In this document: positions 31,433 through 40,412 of the stretch, piece by piece
How the letters are laid out: each line of letters starts with the position of its first letter
Position numbering within the stretch: position 1 is the stretch's first letter
Origin: Dehalococcoidia bacterium
GTDB taxonomy: Bacteria > Chloroflexota > Dehalococcoidia > Lucifugimonadales > JADFKI01
Assembly: GCA_965200085.1 (NCBI GenBank)
Contig: OZ241333.1
Coordinates: 43,391 to 107,390 of the forward strand
DNA: 64,000 bases
Direction: 5' to 3'
The notes under the pieces: model-generated
What the model saw: only the letters and a program-made list of their open reading frames with translations
Database searches by the model: none
What the model was told of the DNA's origin: nothing
Translations under genes and position numbers: made by a program

Positions 31433-32671
31433 ATGAAACGCAATTCAGAGCCTTGGCCTATCAGTTCTATCTATTTTTACAAGGGGAGTATAGATACAAA
31501 TCCCAATTACCAAAGAGGGCCTGTATGGGCAGTTGCGCAGAAACAGTTGCTTGTAGACTCTGTTTTTCGTGGTTTTGATGTTCCACCTTTGTACTTCACC
31601 AAAGCTAAAAATTCGAACTATGAATGGGAAGTTGTCGACGGACAACAGCGTCTGAGGGCTATTTGGGGATTCATAGATGGTGAGTACAGCTTGTCAGAAG
31701 ACTCCGAAAAACTTGGCAACCATGACATAGCGGGAAAAGCCTTCACTGATCTCCATCCGAAAGTGAAGAACAAGTTGCAATCCAGTTGGTTTACTATTAT
31801 GAATCTTGAGGAAGAGAGCGATGGAGAGATCGAGGATATGTTTCTTCGTCTTCAAAGCGGTTCACCTTTGAATTCTGCAGAGAAACGAAATGCAATTTCG
31901 GGAGATATAAGAGATTTTGTACATGAAATTTCTACAACTCATAAGTTCTTTACCGGTAGTGTAGCTGTCGCTAATAAACGATATGCACATGATGAATTGC
32001 TTGCGCAGATGCTTCTAATAGAGAAAATGGGAGGCCCCATTTCTATTACGCATACTCAGCTAGTACCTATGTACAAAGACGGTAGACGTTACAATGCTAA
32101 TGGCGCCGAAGCAAAAAGATTTCGACGAGTTCTGAACTTTCTTGCCAATGCATTCCCTGAAAAGTCACCAGTGTTGACTAAAGTGAATTTGATCTCACTA
32201 TATACAGTAGCATCTGAGTTATTGGCAAATTTTGCCATTTCTGACAGATTTGAAGAATTTAGTAGATGGTTCATTGAGTTCGAAAAACGACGACGTGAAG
32301 ATAGTCCACAAGAAGATAGCGAAATGTACGACTATACTTTAGCGGTATTACAGCGTACTGGAAGTGTAGCCGCACAAAAAACTCGTCGAGAGATTTTGCT
32401 CAAAAGTTTAATGGAAACAATTCCTGATTTGGATCTGCTAGATAAGCAGCGTCAATTTACTCATGAACAGAGGCTTGTCATTTTTAATCGTGCAAAAGGT
32501 TTTTGCACGAACCCAGACGATAACACCGAATGTACTGAAACTTGCGCCTGGGACAATTGGCACGCAGATCATATTATTCCACACTCAAAAGGTGGAAAAA
32601 CAACCGTAGAAAATGGTCAGTTGCTCTGTCCGAGCTGCAACCTGAAAAAGTCAGATAGGATACCAACCTGA
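31433..32671 (+). CDS. DUF262 (GmrS/ParB-like) domain plus C-terminal HNH nuclease
   Basis: PNYQRG.VW, VVDGQQRL, F.RLQSG.PL; HADHIIPHSKGG.T..ENGQLLC..CN..K; AT-rich. Confidence 0.92.
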   Translation: MKRNSEPWPISSIYFYKGSIDTNPNYQRGPVWAVAQKQLLVDSVFRGFDVPPLYFTKAKNSNYEWEVVDGQQRLRAIWGFIDGEYSLSEDSEKLGNHDIAGKAFTDLHPKVKNKLQSSWFTIMNLEEESDGEIEDMFLRLQSGSPLNSAEKRNAISGDIRDFVHEISTTHKFFTGSVAVANKRYAHDELLAQMLLIEKMGGPISITHTQLVPMYKDGRRYNANGAEAKRFRRVLNFLANAFPEKSPVLTKVNLISLYTVASELLANFAISDRFEEFSRWFIEFEKRRREDSPQEDSEMYDYTLAVLQRTGSVAAQKTRREILLKSLMETIPDLDLLDKQRQFTHEQRLVIFNRAKGFCTNPDDNTECTETCAWDNWHADHIIPHSKGGKTTVENGQLLCPSCNLKKSDRIPT

Positions 32672-32702
32672 CCAATTGTTCACTTATATTTCTTTCAAGC
32701 CA

Positions 32703-32794
32703 TACTCCACAAACAACAGCTCGTCCCGCGTGATTATCCGCGTCTCGGCAGCGACAGCTTGGCGCAGAAGATTCGGCACGGCAAACATGCCCTG
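32703..32794 (-). repeat. Displaced copy of the speE 3' end (direct repeat of 33270-33361)
   Basis: 92-bp alignment with about 10 mismatches by eye; reads QGMFAVPNLLRQAVAAETRIITRDELLFVE. Confidence 0.92.
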
Positions 32795-32831
32795 AAGAGC
32801 AGCAGAAGATTTTGGACTTTGCCGCTTTGGG

Positions 32832-33056
32832 TTAGAGTCTGCTAAATTCGTCGGGGCTTATGCCTGCCTGACGAAGTATGCTTCTTAGTGTGCCGACTGC
32901 AACCTCTCTATGTCTTGGTACGATTGCTGTGCGCATGCCGGCGGCAGTCGTTTTTGCGAACTTTATATGGCTTCCTCGTTGTCCGACTTCCACGAATCCC
33001 GCCGCTCTGAGTTTGCGCTCGACTTCGCGATATGGCAAAGGGTTAAGCTGCGCCAA
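32832..33056 (-). CDS. hicA: HicA family toxin
   Basis: L.AAGF....QRGSH.K, VPRH.EV..GTLRSILRQAG. Confidence 0.93.
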   Translation of the reverse strand: MAQLNPLPYREVERKLRAAGFVEVGQRGSHIKFAKTTAAGMRTAIVPRHREVAVGTLRSILRQAGISPDEFSRL

Positions 33057-33249
33057 TGTCTATCTGGACTGTGTGAATTTGTGAGGCCAAAGTGGCTGTG
33101 GGAGATTGGAAATGGAGGGAAAGTGCCTCACGCAGATTGGCAAGCGCCTCAGATTCTGTCTCGCCTTGGCTGGCGATGTCTATTTCTAACGCCTGTGCAA
33201 TGTACCATTCGCCTTCACGCCAAACGGCTGCTGTGAACTCTTGTTTCAT
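33043..33249 (-). CDS. hicB: HicB family antitoxin (short form)
   Basis: FTA.VW.EG.WY.A...E..IASQGET..EALANL.EAL.L. Confidence 0.92.
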   Translation of the reverse strand: MKQEFTAAVWREGEWYIAQALEIDIASQGETESEALANLREALSLHFQSPTATLASQIHTVQIDIGAA

Positions 33250-33268
33250 GACGCAAGCGCCCCTTTCG

Positions 33269-34189
33269 CTACTCCACAAACAACGGCTCGTCCCGCGTGA
33301 TGATGCGCGTCTCGACGGCGACGGCTTGGCGCAGGAATTTCGGCACGGCGAACATGCCCTGGTGCGCTATGCCGTCGTAGCTGCGAAGTTCGCCGCTGAT
33401 GCGTCGGGCGATGCGCTCATCTATTTCCGCCGGGGAAAGCGTTAGAAGGCTGTCGTCGGGCGCGCCTATCACGAAACCCCAAGTCGTGCCGAACGATGGT
33501 ATAAACGCCTCGCAAAGACTGGCGGACGGGAATATGGATGCGATGGTGTTTGCTACTGCGGAGAAGCACTGCTCGTAGAAGGTTGCGCCGGTTGGACCCG
33601 ACTGAGCAACTACGATGCCGCCGGGGTTGAGCCGGGAGCGCAAGGATCGGTAGAACTCCCGAGTGAACAGCAGATAGGCGGGTCCCGCCTCCAACGGATC
33701 GGGGACATCTATGATGGCGACGTCGAAGCGTTCGTCTGTATTCTCGATGTACCGCAGCGCATCTTGATGGAGCAGGGTAAGACGCGGGTCGTCGAATGCT
33801 CCCTGATGGTGGTTCGGCAAATACTTCTTGCACATGTTCACGACGAGTTCGTCTAAATCCACCATGACCACGCGCTCGACGGATTTATGGCGCAGCGCCT
33901 CGCGGGCAGTCGCGCCTTCGCCGCCGCCGGCAATGAACACCGAACGCGGTTCGGGATGCGCCATCATCACCGGCTGCACGAGGGCTTCGTGATACACGAA
34001 TTCGTCCAGCTCGGTGGACTGCGTCTTGTCGTCGAGTACGAGGCTTCTGCCGAAGCATTCCGCATCGTGTATGAGTACATGCTGGTACGGCGAGTCGCCC
34101 TCGAAGAGCACTTCGCGGATACGCTCCAGCTGCATCAGACCATCGGTGATTAGTTCGTAGTGCCAGTCGCCTTTGGGGGGATTTTTCAC
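33269..34189 (-). CDS. speE: Polyamine aminopropyltransferase (spermidine synthase)
   Basis: SPYQ, LVLDDK.QS...DEFVYHE.LV, IAGGGEGAT.RE, FDVAIIDVPDP. Confidence 0.95.
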   Translation of the reverse strand: MKNPPKGDWHYELITDGLMQLERIREVLFEGDSPYQHVLIHDAECFGRSLVLDDKTQSTELDEFVYHEALVQPVMMAHPEPRSVFIAGGGEGATAREALRHKSVERVVMVDLDELVVNMCKKYLPNHHQGAFDDPRLTLLHQDALRYIENTDERFDVAIIDVPDPLEAGPAYLLFTREFYRSLRSRLNPGGIVVAQSGPTGATFYEQCFSAVANTIASIFPSASLCEAFIPSFGTTWGFVIGAPDDSLLTLSPAEIDERIARRISGELRSYDGIAHQGMFAVPKFLRQAVAVETRIITRDEPLFVE

Positions 34190-34219
34190 GAGTCAGCCAG
34201 TTATCAGTTCACAGGTTGG

Positions 34220-34597
34220 TTATTGATACGCCGGAGTGTACACTGTGCCGCGCTTCACTTCGGTGATCCTGGGATGTTTGGATCGCAGGCGTTCGACGAT
34301 GTAGGATGCCGCTTTGTGGGGATTGAAGTCCTCGCCGCAAGTGAAGATGTCCACTGCGGCGTAGGCGTGTTCGGGCCAGGTATGGATGCTGATGTGCGAT
34401 TCAGCAATGCAGACGATACCAGTTACGCCAATGGGCGAAAACTTGTGGAATATCTCGCCTACTATCGTTGCGCCTGCTTCATCTGCGGCGACTAGCAGCG
34501 CCTGTTTCACAAGTTCCATGTCGTCAATCAGTGTTGGGTCGCATTCATTCAAGTCTATAAGAAGATGCGTACCTAATGTCCTTGACAGCGCATTCAA
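34220..34597 (-). CDS. speD: S-adenosylmethionine decarboxylase proenzyme (class 1B)
   Basis: LG.HL..DL..C, F.P.GVTG...IAESHISIHTWPE..YAAVDIFTCG. Confidence 0.95.
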   Translation of the reverse strand: MNALSRTLGTHLLIDLNECDPTLIDDMELVKQALLVAADEAGATIVGEIFHKFSPIGVTGIVCIAESHISIHTWPEHAYAAVDIFTCGEDFNPHKAASYIVERLRSKHPRITEVKRGTVYTPAYQ

Positions 34598-34938
34598 TCA
34601 CCCGTCCTCCATACGATAAAACTTCACACTTTCTTCACATCTGAAAAGATATTATACAACTTTTTTGCACACATAGTTATGTAAGATAAACGGCAGAAAG
34701 CGTTTCGATTTAGAATGGCAATGCGTTGAGCAAGACTTACCCGCTGTGTGGGTTTCTGCGGGAATCGCGCAGATTATAACTTGTCGCAATGGAACTCATG
34801 AACCGGGATGCGTGGGTATGAAAGTGAGACGACAGCATCTGAAAGAAAACGACCTGCAACGGAATAGGACGAGTAGTGGTAAAATCTTATCTAACCTGTA
34901 TTCAAAGTAGAAAGTAGGCAGATGCGGAGGTTTAGCTA

Positions 34939-35592
34939 ATGAGTGCAGAGCGAATACCTGACGATGCGCCGGGCAGCGCGCTGTTCCCAGAGTTCAAGGC
35001 GCTGTACGACCTGATAGTCCCTGAGGTCGAAGGGTTGACTGATGAGCAGCTCGACTGGACATCTGACAAATGGGATTGGGCACACTGGAGCATACGGCGG
35101 CAGACTAGCCACATGGCGTCGCTGCTGTTTCGCTGGCTCGTTGTGCGCTGGGCGGATACTCTGTATCCGAACGGAGATCACGGCGTAGATGATGTGGAGG
35201 GCATAGCGATGTCCGCAAATGACAGAGCGCTGGATGTAAGTTATCACGATATGGATGTGATACTTGGCAAGCTCCGGGAAGGCATAGAGCTGGCGCAGTC
35301 GGTTCTAGCCGAGCGCACAGCAGGATTTCTGCGTGCAAACACAATTGTTACACAGTACGACGCGAGGCGTATATTCATCAATGGCGCGCATCCGCACGGG
35401 ATAACCATGGACGCCGAAGCAGGCACGGAGACGACTACGCTGGAGGCGACCTTCCGCCACATGTACTTCGAGGAGACTACGCACCTATACAACATTCAGA
35501 GGCTTAAGCGGGCGCAGGGCTTGCCAACCGTTGTGGATGTACCGCGCGTAGGCTACTGGATGCTGGACGGCTGGGACAGGAGCGAGGCATAA
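34939..35592 (+). CDS. DinB family protein
   Basis: GLTDEQLDW, WSIRRQ.SHM, H...E...H...I.R pattern. Confidence 0.7.
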   Translation: MSAERIPDDAPGSALFPEFKALYDLIVPEVEGLTDEQLDWTSDKWDWAHWSIRRQTSHMASLLFRWLVVRWADTLYPNGDHGVDDVEGIAMSANDRALDVSYHDMDVILGKLREGIELAQSVLAERTAGFLRANTIVTQYDARRIFINGAHPHGITMDAEAGTETTTLEATFRHMYFEETTHLYNIQRLKRAQGLPTVVDVPRVGYWMLDGWDRSEA

Positions 35593-35671
35593 GCAAGCCT
35601 TATCCTTACTTAGGTATTCTCCATCGTGTTGATTGTCGAGAGCTTATTAGTATTCAAAGAGGGGCGACATC

Positions 35672-36421
35672 ATGATGACGAGCAAAAATGCTGCTGCAGT
35701 TGAGATTCCTTGGTATGACCTTATACCTGACGTGCCTGAACCACCGGAGGATGCCTTGCTGCAGAATGACACTACTTTGCGGCTCAATACGATTATAATG
35801 TCCAGATATGCTAATGATCCCAGTGTGCTTGTGGCGGGACCGGCAACGAATGTCATATATGACTCAGAGACGCCCGGCTCCGTCATAGTTCCGGACTGCT
35901 ATGTAGTATTCGGCGTGCCGAACGATAGGATAAAGACGGAGCGGAACAGTTATAGAGTGGATGAATGGAACGCAGTTCCGGCATTCGTAGCAGAGATAGC
36001 ATCCCCCAGCACTGCGCGCAGAGACCTGAACGAGAAGCGTGATATATACGCGCAGATGGGCGTTCAAGAATACTGGCGCTTTGACGCCACCGGCGGTGAG
36101 AATTACGGCGAGCCGTTAGTAGGAGAATATCTTGTTGACGGGGAGTATCGGCGCTTTGAGCTGCACAGGGAGTCTGATGGGACGCTGTGGGCGCGCAGCG
36201 AGGTATTGCGGGTGGATTTTTATTGGGATGGGGAAGAAGGACGGACGGCATTCTTAATGCGAGACGCTGACACCGGCGAATGGCTGAACTTCCTCGATGA
36301 GGAAAGGGAAGCGAGATTAGCCGCAGAGGACGCGCGTCAGGCGGCAGAGGACGCACGATTAGCGGCAGAAGCGCGAGCCGCAGAACTTGAAGCCGAAATT
36401 AGGCGCCTGCGTGGTGAGTAG
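35672..36421 (+). CDS. Uma2 family endonuclease-like protein
   Basis: VPDCYVVFG, PAFVAEIASPSTA.RD..EKR.IYA.MGV.EYWRFD; C-terminal EEREARLAAE repeats. Confidence 0.92.
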   Translation: MMTSKNAAAVEIPWYDLIPDVPEPPEDALLQNDTTLRLNTIIMSRYANDPSVLVAGPATNVIYDSETPGSVIVPDCYVVFGVPNDRIKTERNSYRVDEWNAVPAFVAEIASPSTARRDLNEKRDIYAQMGVQEYWRFDATGGENYGEPLVGEYLVDGEYRRFELHRESDGTLWARSEVLRVDFYWDGEEGRTAFLMRDADTGEWLNFLDEEREARLAAEDARQAAEDARLAAEARAAELEAEIRRLRGE

Positions 36422-36599
36422 TTCTTGTTAAGGTGAAGTAGCAGCAGAGACCTATGTCATACATTTTGTGGGCAAAAGGTTTAGTTAAGATCGTCAAAAG
36501 TAAGTTGGACTCCTTGCAAGATAAGTACAACGCATCAAAACAGTCAGAAGTCAGACACCGCTGGGGACACTAGCTTGTACCGGCAGGCATCCCCAGGGC

Positions 36600-36629
36600 G
36601 TGTCAACCCCGCGTGTGCGGGGGAGCGCG
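36600..36629. repeat. Single orphan type I-E CRISPR-repeat-like sequence
   Basis: GTGTCAACCCCGCGTGTGCGGGGGAGCGC contains the CCCCGC-GTGT-GCGGGG hairpin typical of I-E repeats; no second copy seen. Confidence 0.45.
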
Positions 36630-36666
36630 CCTCTACCAAGCATCCTTCATAATCGCTTCAAGACCT

Positions 36667-37416
36667 TTACTCTTGATACCCTCTGAGACGCGCTATCTCT
36701 GCTTCCAAAGCAAGTTTAGCCGCACGCTCGCGCTGCAGCCGTTCTTCTGCTGCAAGCCGAGCTTGCTGTTCCGCTTCACGCTCGCTCTCTGTTTCAAGAT
36801 GTGTCCTCAGGTAGTTCCCTGTTATCGGATCGAACCAGCGCAGTTTCCCGTCCTCCCAGCAGATATACAGCCCCAGAACCTCGCTGTATCCTCTAATCAC
36901 ATCATCTTCCGTATCGTTAATCTCAATTGGTCGGTACTCTCCGTCAGCCAGCCTATCCCCTGTAAGCGGCGCAGCGTGATACTCTCCGCTGGACGGGTCG
37001 AACCGCCAGTATTCTGCTGCACCGAACTCAGCGTACCGCTCCCGCTTGTGCGTGTCATCTCTGCGACCTGTGCTGACGGACGCTATCTCCAGCACGAACT
37101 CAGGCGGCTTGCCCTGACTCTCGATGGAGTAGCCCCTGTCGGCTAGATACTGCTGCTCGTCGGCGTCGAAGGCTATAAGCAGGTCGGGTATGAGGTACCC
37201 GGCATCCATTCGCGCGCGCAATCCAAGCGGCGCTTCGCTGGTAACTAATGTGGTGTCTTTGCCTAGTTTTCGGCTGAAGTGGTAGATGAGAGCCGGGACG
37301 TATCCGGGCGTGTTGAGGTAGATGGTGTTCTGCATATCGTCTCTGGGCGGCACATCGGGGAAGGTATTCTCTGCCGATATTCCGGGCTGCTTTGACTTAA
37401 TCTGCTGCGTGATCAT
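36667..37416 (-). CDS. Uma2 family endonuclease-like protein
   Basis: Same motifs; close paralog of 22261..23001. Confidence 0.92.
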   Translation of the reverse strand: MITQQIKSKQPGISAENTFPDVPPRDDMQNTIYLNTPGYVPALIYHFSRKLGKDTTLVTSEAPLGLRARMDAGYLIPDLLIAFDADEQQYLADRGYSIESQGKPPEFVLEIASVSTGRRDDTHKRERYAEFGAAEYWRFDPSSGEYHAAPLTGDRLADGEYRPIEINDTEDDVIRGYSEVLGLYICWEDGKLRWFDPITGNYLRTHLETESEREAEQQARLAAEERLQRERAAKLALEAEIARLRGYQE

Positions 37417-37417
37417 C

Positions 37418-38147
37418 CTACATCCTAGTTCCCTGCTTTAGCGCTGCTTCTAACTCAGCGACTCTGCGCTCTGCAGCAATTCGCGCCTCGCGTTCTGCCG
37501 ACAGGAAGTTCAGCCACTCGTTAGTCTCGCTGTCTTTCACCCAGAACCTGCCGTCTGTCCGATAGTAGAAGTTCAGCCCCAGCGCATCACTGTGAGACCA
37601 TTGATCGCCCGATTCATCAGTGAATAGCTCATAGCGCCGATATTCTCCGTCCACCAGCCTCTCTCCCACGAGCGGCTCGCCGTAATACTCACCGCCAGCG
37701 GCGTCGAAGCGCCAGTATTCCTGAACTCCAAGACGCGCGTATATATCACGCTTCTGATTCAAATCCCACTCTGCTGTGCTCTCAGATGCCACCTCTGCTG
37801 CGAAGGCCGGCGCAGCGCCCCACTCCCATATCCGGTAACTTCTGCCTGCTTCTATTGTCTGTGCATCTACACCCATCACCACATAGCAGTCCGGCGCAAC
37901 AGCAATGTGTTCGCCGTCAATCTCATGAAACACATTAGTCGGGCCGGATACGAACACAAGGAACCGAGTCATAGCGCAGCCACAAGATAGAGGTCAGGTC
38001 TGTGATAGTACGGTTTTGCTGCATCGAATCTTCGGGAGGCTCGGGATCTGCTATGAGTTCGTACCAAGGCGCTTCGACTGCATCGGACTGAGCAGCGGCA
38101 GATGCGGTACGCTGCTCGATATTAGTGTTAACTCGTATTGTTGCCAT
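37418..38147 (-). pseudogene. Uma2 family protein with a frameshift near 37958
   Basis: N part (PWYELIADPEPPEDSMQQ) in ORF 37935..38147; remainder (VFVSGPTNV..PDCYVV..AEVAS) in ORF 37418..37972. Confidence 0.85.
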
Positions 38148-38148
38148 A

Positions 38149-38928
38149 TTACCTAGCCTGCAAGTGACTCTGGTCTAGTTCGTACCAGAAGACATACTCC
38201 TGTTCCAGCGGCGCAGAACCAACCGGAGTTACGCCCTTCTTGATGAGCCTGTGTCTAATTCGATTTTCTGCGCGCGGGCCTGCAACAGCGGCATAGGCAT
38301 CCACATTCATGAACCGACTTAGATAGCGTGCATGTCGTACTGCCTTTTCGATGTCATCGCCGCGCAGGTTGGATGAAATCTCAATCGCTATGAGAACCGT
38401 GTCCCCTGCTCGGTTAGTCGCTTCCGCTGCCAAGTCGGACTTTAGGAAACTCTCGACCTCATTTTCAGGTATGTCATCGGTAACATTTCCTTCGACCAGG
38501 TCGAATAGGTCATTCAGATCAAGGTTCCTAGTCCATCGCAGCTCCATTCTTCTGGCGAGACCCTGAACTTGCTCACGAACGCTTAATTCTACATTGCGTC
38601 CTTTGAGCAGCGCGACGTCATCTTTCAGAACCGCGACGTCATCTTTCAGAACCGCGACATCATCTTTCAGAACCGCGACATTTGCTTCTAGCGAAGACAG
38701 CCTTTTATTGGTGTCTTCGGAAAACTTGTTGACAGTTTCCGCAAGATTAGCTAAAGCTTGCGGAAGTTCAAGCACTTCCCGTGGGAGCAGCCGCTCACGC
38801 AGATACTGGGTTACTTCCGGGTTAGCGTCAAGCAGCTCGACTAAATCTTCTTTGGTGAACAGCCTCAGCAGAGCCATCCGAGCCTCTCGGTTGTCTCGCA
38901 GTTCGGTGTAAAGTTCTTCGTAGATCAT
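38149..38928 (-). CDS. Coiled-coil heptad-repeat protein with a C-terminal PD-(D/E)XK-like domain
   Basis: VAVLKDD repeats (21-bp units 38611-38680); SDL....AIEISS.....DIEKA...A. Confidence 0.7.
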   Translation of the reverse strand: MIYEELYTELRDNREARMALLRLFTKEDLVELLDANPEVTQYLRERLLPREVLELPQALANLAETVNKFSEDTNKRLSSLEANVAVLKDDVAVLKDDVAVLKDDVALLKGRNVELSVREQVQGLARRMELRWTRNLDLNDLFDLVEGNVTDDIPENEVESFLKSDLAAEATNRAGDTVLIAIEISSNLRGDDIEKAVRHARYLSRFMNVDAYAAVAGPRAENRIRHRLIKKGVTPVGSAPLEQEYVFWYELDQSHLQAR

Positions 38929-39251
38929 TGTTGTTTCCTTTGGGTTGAGTGGATGCCATTTTCTTCTAGGATCTTGTTCACTTCGGGCTTGATTTGGCTT
39001 ATGATTAGCTCTGTCTGGGTCATGCCTGTCAGGACGCAGGCGAGCTTCAATGCTCTATCAAACTCTTCTGACACTTGAAAAGTTATCGACTTGTACTCAC
39101 CCGATTTAGAGATGTCGATAATGCGCTGTCTCCCGCGCTGACTGCTTCCGCGAGAATTAGTTTCCCCGGCGTTAGCCGATGGAGCTTCGCGAGAATTTTT
39201 TCTCAGCATTGAACGATGCGCGCCTCTTTGCGGGTTCATTGGCTGGGTCAT
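38925..39251 (-). CDS. Small ribbon-helix-helix-like DNA-binding protein
   Basis: KSITFQVSEEFDRALKLAC..TGMTQTELI pattern; ATGA overlap with the downstream gene. Confidence 0.65.
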   Translation of the reverse strand: MTQPMNPQRGAHRSMLRKNSREAPSANAGETNSRGSSQRGRQRIIDISKSGEYKSITFQVSEEFDRALKLACVLTGMTQTELIISQIKPEVNKILEENGIHSTQRKQQ

Positions 39252-39437
39252 CTTGTTCTAACTCCCGTTGAATACCGCATTGTAGATTGCCTCAAGTTCC
39301 GCTTCTGACTTGCGGTCTGGCGGTGCTCCATTCGGAGATTGGCTTCCCTTCACTGCAACTATCATGCGTATTCCCTTTGACCTGCTGATGGTTTGTTATT
39401 ACAATTATATGGTCGATTACAGAAACACAGCAATACA

Positions 39438-39475
39438 TATTTACATAAATCATTATTTCATTATTTATGTAAATA
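39438..39475. promoter_or_regulatory. Perfect 13-bp inverted repeat (candidate operator)
   Basis: TATTTACATAAAT-N12-ATTTATGTAAATA just before the SD of 39488. Confidence 0.55.
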
Positions 39476-39487
39476 AAAGGAATATGA

Positions 39488-40333
39488 ATGAGCACTACTC
39501 CGGTATCCACGATGCAGGACATCTTGGACGTTATCAGGGCAAACCCAGAGATTAAGGACGAACTGCGCCGCCTCCTGCTCGACGAGGAACTGCTTGACCT
39601 CCCGCGCCGCTTCTCTGAGTTCGTACAGATAACTCAGGAAAACTTCGCACTTGTCAACGAGCGTTTATCTCGGCTTGAAGAGGGTCAGGCGCGATTAGAA
39701 GTTCGAATGGACAGGCTGGAAGAAGGCCAGGCGCGGCTGGAAGTTCGAATGGACAAGCTGGAAGTTCGAATGGACAAGCTGGAAGTTCGAATGGACAAGC
39801 TGGAAGAAGGCCAGGCGCGGCTGGAAGTTGAAGTGCGCAGACTAGGAGAAGGCCAGGCGCGACTGGAGGTTCAAGTGGGTAGAATCGGCGGGAGTGTCAG
39901 AAGGCTGGTAGGGCTAGATTATGAGGCTCATGCCGTTCGCGTCACTCCAAGAAGAGTACGGCGGGGAATGAATGTGCAGGAAGGCGTAGTTATCGACCAT
40001 TCAAGGTATCCTGAACCGTTTCTTATCAATCTGACCAATGAGCCCCACGTTGACAGTCTCATCGAAGAGGCGGAAGCGGAAGACCTGATTCTGGCTGATG
40101 TGGTTCTCAGCGGGAAAATCGATGGCGAAGAATGCCTGATTCTCGGCGAGATTTCAATCACTGTACAAGAGACAGATGTCGTCAGGGCTCGGAGCAGAGC
40201 CGCTATTCTGCAGAGGGCATCCGGGGTCAGAACGATGGCTGTCGTAATTGGCGATTCCATCGAAGATGATGCCCTTGCGGCGTGCGGGGCTGATGTAACA
40301 TTCCTGCAGGTGAACGATCCGGAGAAGCTTTAG
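39488..40333 (+). CDS. Coiled-coil heptad-repeat protein with a C-terminal PD-(D/E)XK-like domain
   Basis: RLEEGQA/RLEVRMD 21-bp repeats; ADVVL....LGEISITV...DV.RA..RA..L. Confidence 0.75.
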   Translation: MSTTPVSTMQDILDVIRANPEIKDELRRLLLDEELLDLPRRFSEFVQITQENFALVNERLSRLEEGQARLEVRMDRLEEGQARLEVRMDKLEVRMDKLEVRMDKLEEGQARLEVEVRRLGEGQARLEVQVGRIGGSVRRLVGLDYEAHAVRVTPRRVRRGMNVQEGVVIDHSRYPEPFLINLTNEPHVDSLIEEAEAEDLILADVVLSGKIDGEECLILGEISITVQETDVVRARSRAAILQRASGVRTMAVVIGDSIEDDALAACGADVTFLQVNDPEKL

Positions 40334-40412
40334 GATTAAATAGGATTGAAACAGAGCCGACAATCCTAAAACTGCCCGCCCCTCCTTATAGCGTGAATTA
40401 GCCCCATCAGCC

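Noticed and set aside
36600-36629. CRISPR array
   Set aside because: Only one repeat-like unit, no spacer-repeat periodicity and no cas genes; kept only as an orphan repeat
39438-39475. dif/Xer site
   Set aside because: The arm resembles the XerD box (TTATGTAAAT) but the spacer is far longer than the 6 bp required
38611-39870. 21-bp repeats as CRISPR or iterons
   Set aside because: Contiguous, in-frame coding heptads without spacers
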